Source of the DNA: Promethearchaeota archaeon
Lineage (GTDB): Archaea > Asgardarchaeota > Lokiarchaeia > Sigyniarchaeales > SOKP01
NCBI GenBank assembly: GCA_019058445.1
Contig: JAHPZA010000001.1
Span: forward strand, 1-64,000
Length of the DNA: 64,000 nucleotides
Reading direction: 5' to 3'
The notes under the pieces are model-generated. The model had not been told where the DNA came from. It was given only the letters and a program-made list of their open reading frames with translations, and searched no databases. Both the position numbers and the translations under genes were made by a program. Below are positions 22,567-30,667 of the stretch, in pieces (within the stretch, counting starts at the first letter, position 1; each line of letters opens with the position of its first letter).

Positions 22567-23358
22567 TTAGGATTTTAAGAGTTTAGTTTGAACTCTTCCA
22601 TGGGTTAATTTATTTAATTTATCAATCAATTCCATCTGTAATCCTGCTGGTAAACTTACCACAGCAACCCATGAACCATCTGATTGCCATTCTTCTTTCT
22701 TAATTTGAGATAATTGAGCAACGACATTGTATCCTTTAGCAGTAAAACTTGTAGGGATTTTAATTGCAAGTTCCGCCTGTTCCATACGAATAGGGATAAT
22801 ACTTTGGATTTTTTTAACAACATCATCGACTTGTTCTTCAGCATTTTTCATTAAATCAATTTTAATGTTGCCCTCATCAATTGCTTTTTCGATTCTTTGG
22901 TAAGGGTGTGGCTTTTTATTTTGAGGGTTTATTGCGTTTTTGCTTATGATGGTAATGATTTGTTTCAATTTTTTATTTCTTTCCTCTTCTCTCTGAGCTT
23001 TCGTCCATTGAATTTCTCCATCTAAAAGGATATACCCGCTTATCGTTTTCCCATCAGTTGTATTGAAAATCGCTTCCATATCACCATCAGTTGCTTTTTT
23101 ACCTCGTCTTAAGTCTTCGAAAACACTAAAACTTTCAAAGATCATTTCTAAGTTGATTTTAGGGTCATTTATTAATTCTTCAACAGAGACCCGAGATTTC
23201 GCGCTCCCCGCTTTTAATCGTTTATTGATCTCTTCTCGAATAATTTTCTTTGCTTCCCAGGCTTGTTCAGGATCAATAAGCATTTCAAAAGTTCGACCCC
23301 CTTTTTCAATGCGTCCTATTATATAACCGCCTAAATCTATTCTTGCCCTATCAATCAT
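22567..23358 (-). CDS. sdo1: Ribosome maturation factor SBDS/Sdo1
   Basis: FE.LIDP, NPQ...PHP..RIEKA, IPIR.E, EEW..DGSW, PAG.Q. Confidence 0.93.
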   Translation of the reverse strand: MIDRARIDLGGYIIGRIEKGGRTFEMLIDPEQAWEAKKIIREEINKRLKAGSAKSRVSVEELINDPKINLEMIFESFSVFEDLRRGKKATDGDMEAIFNTTDGKTISGYILLDGEIQWTKAQREEERNKKLKQIITIISKNAINPQNKKPHPYQRIEKAIDEGNIKIDLMKNAEEQVDDVVKKIQSIIPIRMEQAELAIKIPTSFTAKGYNVVAQLSQIKKEEWQSDGSWVAVVSLPAGLQMELIDKLNKLTHGRVQTKLLKS

Positions 23359-23515
23359 AAGAGATTTTACCCTATCTAATAAAAAATTTACCTACTCTTT
23401 ACCTTTCTCCTATGTTGTCTATCTATTTGAATTATGAAGGAATAAGTAGATAAGTTTAATTTTTAATGATGTATTTTTAATTTTTTTTGGATCTTTTTAT
23501 TTTTTAATTATTATA

Positions 23516-24229
23516 TTAAATTTTTTTTAACAAATCTTCCTTCTCTTCATTACTTAACAATTTAAATTTAACATCATCTTTCAATATAAAGGCTATATCA
23601 TAGGTATTTTTATTCAAATTATCTCCCATCAATTCTTTCAAAGTTTTTAAGGGTAATAATTTTAAATCTTCATCATTAATATCATCTTTATAGTGTTCTT
23701 CGAGATAAGTTCTTGCTTCATTCGCACCAGAACCTATCGCAAAAGCTTTATACCCCCACATAGCCCCAGATGGATCCGTTAGATATAAGGAAGGTCCATT
23801 TGAATCAATTCCAGCAACCAAGAATGAAACTCCAAACGGACGAACTCCCGCATTCTGAGTAAATGCCTGCTTATATTCGCAAATGTGTAGAGTTGCGTCC
23901 TTCACAGAGATTTTTTCATCGTAACTTAGCAAGTTAATCTGGGCTTGAATCCTAGCCCTATCAATAAGCACACGAGCATCAGCAGTTAAACCTGCAATGG
24001 CTACTCCAATATGGTCGTCAATTTTAAAGATTTTTTCTGAACCAATACTTAAAGCGAGTTCAGAGCTTTTTTTCTCAACAGCAAATACCACAGAATTTTT
24101 ATTTCTACATACAATAGCTGTTGTGCCTCTTCTCACGGCTTCTATCGCATATTCGACCTGAAATAGCCTACCCTCAGGCGAAAACTGAGTAATAGCCATA
24201 TCATACCCTCTTCCTGCTTGCTGAAACAT
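23516..24229 (-). CDS. psmA: Proteasome alpha subunit
   Basis: GYD..IT.FSPEGRLFQVEYA, RPFGVS, TDPSG, AIGSG. Confidence 0.97.
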   Translation of the reverse strand: MFQQAGRGYDMAITQFSPEGRLFQVEYAIEAVRRGTTAIVCRNKNSVVFAVEKKSSELALSIGSEKIFKIDDHIGVAIAGLTADARVLIDRARIQAQINLLSYDEKISVKDATLHICEYKQAFTQNAGVRPFGVSFLVAGIDSNGPSLYLTDPSGAMWGYKAFAIGSGANEARTYLEEHYKDDINDEDLKLLPLKTLKELMGDNLNKNTYDIAFILKDDVKFKLLSNEEKEDLLKKI

Positions 24230-24701
24230 TTTTAAAATCCCTTTAAATTTTTAATTATGTTCTTATTACATTATTTTTTTTATACTAAATTATAATGTTT
24301 TAATAATTACTCTAATTTATATTTTTTTTAAATATTCTATAAACCATGTAGGATTTCTTATGATAGGGACTAACTTCAAAAAGTGGTTTAGTTCAATAAC
24401 TGAGTAAAGAGCATTAAAATATTTTTCAATTTTTTTTTAAATAATTCAAAACCACCAAATCTTTTAGGCATTCAAATAGTATATTTTACATCTACCTAAC
24501 TCAATCTTTAAGAGATTTTCAAATTTATACTTCTTTAAAAATAATAGAAGATTGCCTATTCCTTGAGCAACTTTAAGAATATAATTTGAAATCAGAAAAT
24601 ATATAGCATAAATAATAAAAAAGTAGAAAATTATAAACATTTGAAATTGAAATGTGTACTTCAAGATTAAGATATTATAACTACCTATACCCTAAAAATT
24701 T

Positions 24702-25076
24702 CTACGACCAAGCTAATTTATTGACTAATATTGACCATTCTAATAAAATCAACCCAGTTTCAGGATCGGTATGAATTACAAGATAATCTCCCTCTTTCGT
24801 GATTGAACCGGCAACATTTCCTTTCCCTCCAGCGATATTTTTTGCGGCCAACTGGATATCATCATTTTTTAAAATCGCAAATCTGGAATTTTGATAGGTG
24901 AGGGAAGGTTCTTTCTCTTTCCATGCTTTAAGAAGTTGGGATCCCTCTTCATTTGACATTTGACTATTACCAGATTTAAAAATAACTTCTCCTTGGTCAT
25001 TTAAAAGATATACGTCTGTAACTCCCTCATATTCGTTCAAACCATCTACTACTCTGTTAAATTTCTCTTGATCCAT
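24702..25076 (-). CDS. Profilin-like protein (Asgard eukaryotic signature protein)
   Basis: 124 aa; helix then LLNDQGEVI hairpin; SLTYQNSRFAILK..D..LAAKN..GKG resembles the profilin 'l.l.G.ky.il...i.g....G' pattern; C-terminal helix. Confidence 0.7.
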   Translation of the reverse strand: MDQEKFNRVVDGLNEYEGVTDVYLLNDQGEVIFKSGNSQMSNEEGSQLLKAWKEKEPSLTYQNSRFAILKNDDIQLAAKNIAGGKGNVAGSITKEGDYLVIHTDPETGLILLEWSILVNKLAWS

Positions 25077-25215
25077 GTTTTTTCCAACATTTAATTCTTA
25101 TTTTGTTATTATTACCAAATAAAAATTTTCTAATTTAAAATTTGTGAGAATAATAGTTTTTTAAATACGAAGAGAGGAAAAATTTTTTACAGTTATGATA
25201 TTCTAGAGCTTATTT

Positions 25216-25998
25216 ATGAAAACTTTGGTTCTTTCCGATAAAATATACAATATTTCCTCGAAATCACAAGAAAGAGAGGTATTTGTAAGATATTTAAAAT
25301 ATTTAAATGAAAAGGTAAAAGGCTTTTCTAAAACCTCTATACAAATCAAAAAATTAAGAAAGTTTGATAATCGATTCGAAATAGAAATAAACGGTCCTGA
25401 GGAAATATTCGTACTAAATTTACTGAAAAAAGAAATAGGCTCAATTAATGAATTTAAGGAAATTGAAATAGGAAGAAAATATAAAGGAACGCTCATTGAC
25501 GTGGGAAAATTTGGATTCGGTATTTTCGTTGATTGTGCGATATTGAATCCAAATGTAGATGTTTTGTTAAATTTAAACGTATTGAGGGAACAATTATGTT
25601 TAGGCAAAAAGAAATCAATAAGAGAGATTATTAAGGCATATAATTTAATTGACCATTTTCCCGTAGAAATTACAATTACGGAAGTTGATACTGAGAAGCA
25701 TCAGGTTCAAGGAAAATTAAGCGACTCATTTTTAAGCCTATATCATAAAATTACGAGTGAAAAATTAGAAGCAATTTTTTTGAGTGGTGCAACCAAAAAC
25801 CAATTTAAGAAGGCATTAATTAGGAGGGGACACTTAAGAGATATTGTCTCTGTTGAGCGACATGGATTTCTTGAAAATATCGCCATTTTAAAAGAAGGCA
25901 CCGACGCTCCTGGTATCATAGCTCATATCGGAAAATACCTAAGAAATTGTAAATTAAGTGCTATACGTTATGAAAGAATCCAAAAATTATTAGATTGA
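25216..25998 (+). CDS. DUF2110-like archaeal protein
   Basis: G.LIDVGKFGFGIFVD OB-like segment, GH.RDI..VER.G.LE, K.GTDAPGII..IG. Confidence 0.75.
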   Translation: MKTLVLSDKIYNISSKSQEREVFVRYLKYLNEKVKGFSKTSIQIKKLRKFDNRFEIEINGPEEIFVLNLLKKEIGSINEFKEIEIGRKYKGTLIDVGKFGFGIFVDCAILNPNVDVLLNLNVLREQLCLGKKKSIREIIKAYNLIDHFPVEITITEVDTEKHQVQGKLSDSFLSLYHKITSEKLEAIFLSGATKNQFKKALIRRGHLRDIVSVERHGFLENIAILKEGTDAPGIIAHIGKYLRNCKLSAIRYERIQKLLD

Positions 25999-26018
25999 AC
26001 CATTAAAAGATAGAAAAA

Positions 26019-26121
26019 TGAGCCCGGGGAGGTTCTCGCTATGTTCAGTGATCGAACACAATATCGAACTCCCGACCTATGCGGTGTAAGCGCATCGTCA
26101 TAACCACTAGACCACGGGCTC
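26019..26121 (-). tRNA. tRNA-Val(TAC) with 30-nt intron at 59/60 (26033-26062)
   Basis: Acceptor GAGCCCG/CGGGCTC, anticodon arm ATGCG-CTTACAC-CGCAT, T stem GGGAG/CTCCC interrupted by a strict BHB; 73 nt mature, CCA not encoded. Confidence 0.92.
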
Positions 26122-26153
26122 TTAACTCCAATGAATTACCGTTTCAAATCAAA

Positions 26154-26257
26154 CGCAAGCGGTGGGATTTGAACCCACGTATCCGTTCGGACACTGGATT
26201 AGCAATCCAGCGCTTTAGGCGCGTCTTTAACGCTCTACCAAGCTAAGCGACGCTTGC
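26154..26257 (-). tRNA. tRNA-Ser(GCT) with 20-nt intron at about 22/23 (26215-26234)
   Basis: Acceptor GCAAGCG/CGCTTGC, G73, CTGGA-TTGCTAA-TCCAG, long variable arm; removing the D-arm insertion restores GGTAGAGCG. Confidence 0.88.
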
Positions 26258-26379
26258 AAATTTTTGATAAAGGTTAATTACCTTATATTTTGAATATAAC
26301 AATTAAAAATTTTAATACTTTTTCATAAAAGTTTTGGATAAAATATAAAAGAAAATGAAATAAAACAATTTCAAAAAAA

Positions 26380-26865
26380 TTATTCAGAAATTATCTCAAA
26401 AACCATCTTTTCTATAATTGGTTTTTTTGTATAGCGTTTATCGTAATACCAGCCTACGAGATGAGCCTTCTGATCTCTATCGGGTATAGGAGGAATAACA
26501 ATAATCATCACCCCATTCGATAAATATTTTAAAATACGCTTATCGATGGCATGCAGTTTTTCATTTCCAGAGGGATGACTGTGCCACTGCCACACGATGT
26601 CTGGATAAGGTGGCTCCTGTTTAAATTTACGCATATTATAGATTTTAGATTTTTTATAGCGCATCCAACTTCTGGGTTTTACATGTGCTTTTGTTTTTCG
26701 TAAATCAGGATTCATGATAAAGTTATTTACTATTCCAAAATTCTCTTTTCGCTCTGCAAATAACCAACCATGGATAATGTGAGGGATCTCTTCTTTCGCC
26801 TTCTCCGTAATCTCTTTAAATATCCTTTCTGGAATGAGATATCGAAAATCTTTCGCTGAACTCAT
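26380..26865 (-). CDS. JAB/MPN (JAMM-like) domain protein, divergent active site
   Basis: P...HGWL and WHSHP-x6-HAID motifs. Confidence 0.75.
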   Translation of the reverse strand: MSSAKDFRYLIPERIFKEITEKAKEEIPHIIHGWLFAERKENFGIVNNFIMNPDLRKTKAHVKPRSWMRYKKSKIYNMRKFKQEPPYPDIVWQWHSHPSGNEKLHAIDKRILKYLSNGVMIIVIPPIPDRDQKAHLVGWYYDKRYTKKPIIEKMVFEIISE

Positions 26866-27019
26866 ATTTTCGTGAATGAAGCAAAAAATTTATATTTTGT
26901 GTTAATTCATTTCAAACTTCATTAATGAGAAAGCTTAAATTCGTAAAAATAATATATCAAAATAGATTTTTTTAGATCATTACCATTAAGTATACTATTA
27001 ATAAAACCCTCACATAGTT

Positions 27020-27125
27020 GCAGATGTAGCCTAGTTGGTAAGACGCTGGCCTTGAGTGTATGTCCGCCATCTTCAAGAAAGCCAGTGCGCGTTAGCGCTC
27101 GGGGGTTCGAGTCCCTCCATCTGCG
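27020..27125 (+). tRNA. tRNA-Ser(TGA) with canonical 37/38 intron (27057-27079)
   Basis: GCAGATG/CATCTGC acceptor, G73, CTGGC-CTTGAG|intron|A-GCCAG, central helix CTTG/CAAG, long variable arm. Confidence 0.9.
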
Positions 27126-27163
27126 CTCCTTAATGGGTTGATAATTATAGAACACGACTATAT

Positions 27164-27237
27164 GGGCTATTGGCGCAGTCAGGTAGCGCAACCGGCTCTT
27201 AACCGGCAGGTCGGGGGTTCGATTCCCTCATAGCCCG
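27164..27237 (+). tRNA. tRNA-Lys(CTT)
   Basis: GGGCTAT/ATAGCCC acceptor, GCGC D stem, CT-CTT-AA loop, GGTTCGATTCC. Confidence 0.93.
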
Positions 27238-27384
27238 CTTTCTTTATTCTAAAAGACAATATCCTGATTTTATTAATAGTGCTCTTATCAAATGTAAGTC
27301 ATAAAAAAATAGGAAAAACTAAAATAAAATTTCCCCTTCCAAATCAATTTCAATGGAAATTCATGGGTTCAAGTTTCTCTTCTT

Positions 27385-27849
27385 TTACAGGTTCTGCTTC
27401 AGGTTCAGGGCAAACTCTTCCGCAAGTTTGAGGTCTTTTGCATTCGGTCTACCCTTATTCATTCCCCCAAAATATTTCATGAAGCTATTAGTGTTAAAAC
27501 CTTTACACGCAAATTCATCAACAATCACATAACCTTTCGACTGCAATTTTTCACGAAGTAGAGTGTGGTCTTTGGCGACTTTGGCTTTACCTATAAATGC
27601 ACTAGTTGAAAAAATGAATGCATTTCTGTTGGAAACTGAGGGGATGGTATCGGCAAGGTCAAGCAGAAGTTTATGGTGTTTTGCACCATATATCCCTGAC
27701 CCAAAACCTATTAGATCATACTCTTGAAGCTCTTTAGGGTTTATTTGTTGTGGCATTTTTATTTGAGCATCGAGAACTTTTGCAAAGACCTTGGCGACTT
27801 TCTCAGTATTCATGTGATGGTATGAATACAAAACTAAAAGAGATTTCAT
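27385..27849 (-). CDS. Flavodoxin family protein
   Basis: YSYHHMNTEKVA, GFGSGIY, FSTS, F.CKG.N, GRPN..D. Confidence 0.88.
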   Translation of the reverse strand: MKSLLVLYSYHHMNTEKVAKVFAKVLDAQIKMPQQINPKELQEYDLIGFGSGIYGAKHHKLLLDLADTIPSVSNRNAFIFSTSAFIGKAKVAKDHTLLREKLQSKGYVIVDEFACKGFNTNSFMKYFGGMNKGRPNAKDLKLAEEFALNLKQNL

Positions 27850-27963
27850 TGGTAATTAAACAATCTCTTATATTTAAGATTATCGAACCTAAAAATGTAT
27901 GTGCTAAAATGTTTATGTTAATTTTTGAGTGTTTAGAAAAAATAATTTAATTCAACGGAATTT

Positions 27964-28641
27964 TCATCTTGGTTTTCTTAACATACACCAAAGAGGTACA
28001 TCGGTTTTAGGAATTATTACATTTTCAAGAATTTCAAATCCATATTTCTGGTAAAATGACAAATTTTCTTCATTATTAGTTTCTAAATAAATGGATAACC
28101 CTTCACTTTCAATTTTTTTAATCATGGCTCTTAAGAGTAACCCTCCATATCCTTTTCTTTGTTCTTCTGGTTTAACAGCAATATTTTGAAGATACCAATG
28201 ATCAAAGGGTACAAGATGTTTATGTCTAATTTCAATATATTTAAATACTGCCATACTTCTTTTCATTGCGTTTATTTTAAAACCTGCTTTGCGCATTGCA
28301 CGAAAACCACCATATCTCATCATAGTCCAAGTAGAGGGGTAAATTTTATTAGAGGGTAGCCATATCACTATTCCTTCTAAATTATTAGATGTAGCATAAG
28401 CTTCTCCATTTCTTATTCCATACTTATAGATCACTTCAAATCCATATTGTAGTTTTTGCTTTCTTTCTCTCTCATCAGGATATACAAATATTGCAAAAGG
28501 ATCATCTTGAAAAGCACTCCCTGCCACTTTACATGCCTTTTCAATATAGTCTGGTGTTAATTTAAGAAGATTGTTTAAATCATTATTCATATTCATATTA
28601 GAATTTAAAGAAAATTCTATTATAAAAAATTGGTAGACCAA
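27964..28641 (-). CDS. GNAT family N-acetyltransferase
   Basis: AF.DDP, HWYL..IAV.PE.QRKGYG, YLET...N..FY..YGF. True start may be a downstream ATG. Confidence 0.9.
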   Translation of the reverse strand: MVYQFFIIEFSLNSNMNMNNDLNNLLKLTPDYIEKACKVAGSAFQDDPFAIFVYPDERERKQKLQYGFEVIYKYGIRNGEAYATSNNLEGIVIWLPSNKIYPSTWTMMRYGGFRAMRKAGFKINAMKRSMAVFKYIEIRHKHLVPFDHWYLQNIAVKPEEQRKGYGGLLLRAMIKKIESEGLSIYLETNNEENLSFYQKYGFEILENVIIPKTDVPLWCMLRKPR

Positions 28642-28685
28642 TATTTAGAATAAATTAAAAACAAATTAGTTAGAGGGGGATAGAT

Positions 28686-28747
28686 CCCTTCAGCACGATG
28701 TCAGCAACCATCATCTATGATCAGAATACGATATTTCATCATTAGGA
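28686..28747 (-). ncRNA. Box C/D guide sRNA
   Basis: Minus strand reads TCCT-A-ATGATGA(C)-AATATCGTATT-CTGA(D')-TCATAG-ATGATGG(C')-TTGCTGACATCGTG-CTGA(D)-AGGG: correct box order, spacing and terminal stem, in an intergenic region. Confidence 0.8.
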
Positions 28748-28940
28748 AAAATAGATCCCTAAATTAGGTAAAGCGTGGCCTAAAAAACCATTAGAAATGT
28801 TCGATACATTTTTCCACCCACTCCTATGTGTCTAATTCGTGATGAGTATTGTTTTTTATGCAGGATTGGATATAAATTTTACTTTTTTGTAAGAAAATTT
28901 CGCAAAGTTAATTGAGACAAAATTTGAAAATATCAAAATC

Positions 28941-29495
28941 TTAATATCTCAACCTTTCTTTGCCTATCGTAGAATAACCACCATGGCCAGGATATATTTT
29001 GAACTCATCCGAAATTTTTGGATAATATAAGATTTTTCTAATACTACTCATTAAATTAGTATAATTATTTAGTTGCCTTGGGATTCTACCACGCAATAAG
29101 GTATCTCCGGTAAAGATAAGCATGTTTTTATAATCTATCAGCATTATGTCATTTGAGGTGTGGCCTGGGGTTTCGATTATATGAAGACGCTCTGCTCCTA
29201 TCTCAATTACATCATTTTCTTCAATAAATTTTATATTTTCAATAAATTTTTTCCCAAAATTCTTGATCAATAATGGAATATTAAAATAATCCATGATATC
29301 AATGGCGCATTGAATATGGTCATGATGTGCATGTGTACCTATTACATAAATCGGTTTATATCCTTCTTTATTAATAAAGTTTTTAACATCGTTTGAATCA
29401 ATCCCAGGATCAATAATAGCAATTTCTTTTGTACTTTCATCCCCGTAAAGATAACAATTAGTTCTGAAGATACCACTCACCTTCAACCGCTTCAA
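28941..29495 (-). CDS. MBL-fold metallo-hydrolase (glyoxalase II-like)
   Basis: TNCY, IDPG, THAHHDH, TPGHT, FTGD, PGHG. Confidence 0.9.
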   Translation of the reverse strand: MKRLKVSGIFRTNCYLYGDESTKEIAIIDPGIDSNDVKNFINKEGYKPIYVIGTHAHHDHIQCAIDIMDYFNIPLLIKNFGKKFIENIKFIEENDVIEIGAERLHIIETPGHTSNDIMLIDYKNMLIFTGDTLLRGRIPRQLNNYTNLMSSIRKILYYPKISDEFKIYPGHGGYSTIGKERLRY

Positions 29496-29562
29496 AATAA
29501 TTATAATTCACCGATTCATTCGATATTTATAAGTTAAAGTGATAAAACTAATTTCCGATAAT

Positions 29563-30456
29563 TTAGGAAATCTGTAAACTCTTAAACACAATCTCAAAAT
29601 CAGAAAAATCAAACGGTTTTAGAATGTAGCCGTCAGCGCCCGTCTCTTCCAATTTCTTTTCTACCTCAGATTCAGGAATAGCCGTTAAAAAATAAAGCGG
29701 AATATCTTTATTTTCATCTTCTTCTTTAATTCGTTTGCAGAGATCATACCCGCTTACATCTGGAAGAATTATATCTAACAAAATCAGCTTTGGATGGGAG
29801 TTTTTTAATTCCTCATAGCCCTTTGTCCCACTGATGGCGCCTTTACAAATTACTCCTCTACTCTCGAAGAAACTCTTTATCAAGCGAATCGTAGGAAGAT
29901 CGTCCTCAATTAAGAGCACGTCGTAATCGGTTGCCTCAACTTTTATATCATCTAAAATATTGACAATCTTATTCTCAAGAAGGATACTCTGATCAAATAT
30001 GTTTTTAATTGTTGAGAGCACTTCATCATTAAGATCCTCTTTATAATTTTCAAGAAGCAACTGAGAAAATCCCTTTATCGTAGTAAGTGGTTCCTTTAAC
30101 GCATGTGAAATTTTGGTTACTGTTTGGGGATCCATTTTCAGTAAACTGTTACCTACTGTTCCGGAGGACTTATCGATAAACCTATTAACACTTTCTCTAA
30201 TAAGCTTTGAAATAGTGGAATAATCGTGCTTATCCTTAAAATCCTGCCATTTCTTTTTCGTGTCATCTGAGATATAAAGTGAAATTCTTTCTTTATCTCT
30301 ATCATAGACTTTTTCGCCATCTTTCCACTTCTTAAACCCTTCTGTTATAACTCCGCGCCATACGGCATATTTCCCTGTTTCAGCCTCGTATTCCTCCATC
30401 TCGGGCGTTTTTTCAATTTCTTCTGCATCAGGGTCGTAGCCGTTTGAGTTAGCCAT
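29563..30456 (-). CDS. RHH + HisKA + receiver-domain protein (no HATPase domain)
   Basis: RISLYISDDTKKKW...TISKLIRESV (RHH-like); SHALKEPLTTIKGFSQLL (H-box); IEDD, LLDIILPD, FLTA, KPF (REC). Confidence 0.8.
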   Translation of the reverse strand: MANSNGYDPDAEEIEKTPEMEEYEAETGKYAVWRGVITEGFKKWKDGEKVYDRDKERISLYISDDTKKKWQDFKDKHDYSTISKLIRESVNRFIDKSSGTVGNSLLKMDPQTVTKISHALKEPLTTIKGFSQLLLENYKEDLNDEVLSTIKNIFDQSILLENKIVNILDDIKVEATDYDVLLIEDDLPTIRLIKSFFESRGVICKGAISGTKGYEELKNSHPKLILLDIILPDVSGYDLCKRIKEEDENKDIPLYFLTAIPESEVEKKLEETGADGYILKPFDFSDFEIVFKSLQIS

Positions 30457-30667
30457 AATATCACCAAAATTCTATTGGATAATTTCAAAAAAAATTTTAT
30501 CAAAAAATCAAATTTTTATCAAAAATATGAACTTTCAAATTAATAGAATATTGAGTTGTTTTTAAATAATTGGTAATAAATCACTATTATAAACTTTATT
30601 GAGAAATTTAATAAGTTTCTAATAGCTAAAATTTTCAACTTGATGTGGAATTATTTGGGGTAAAAAA

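Noticed and set aside
24360-24403. Possible second C/D sRNA (ATGATAG...CTGA)
   Set aside because: Degenerate C box, no convincing D'/C' boxes, weak terminal stem.
24464-24664. 66-aa ORF as an RNase P subunit upstream of psmA
   Set aside because: Low-complexity AT-rich translation with no Pop5/Rpp30 similarity.
27057-27079. CTTCAAG in the tRNA at 27020 read as a Sec (TCA) or Leu (CAA) anticodon
   Set aside because: It is the intron strand pairing with CTTG in the canonical BHB helix. The 7-bp acceptor, G73 and TGA at 34-36 give Ser(TGA).
26922-27191. 89-aa minus-strand ORF
   Set aside because: Antisense to the tRNA-Ser and tRNA-Lys genes.
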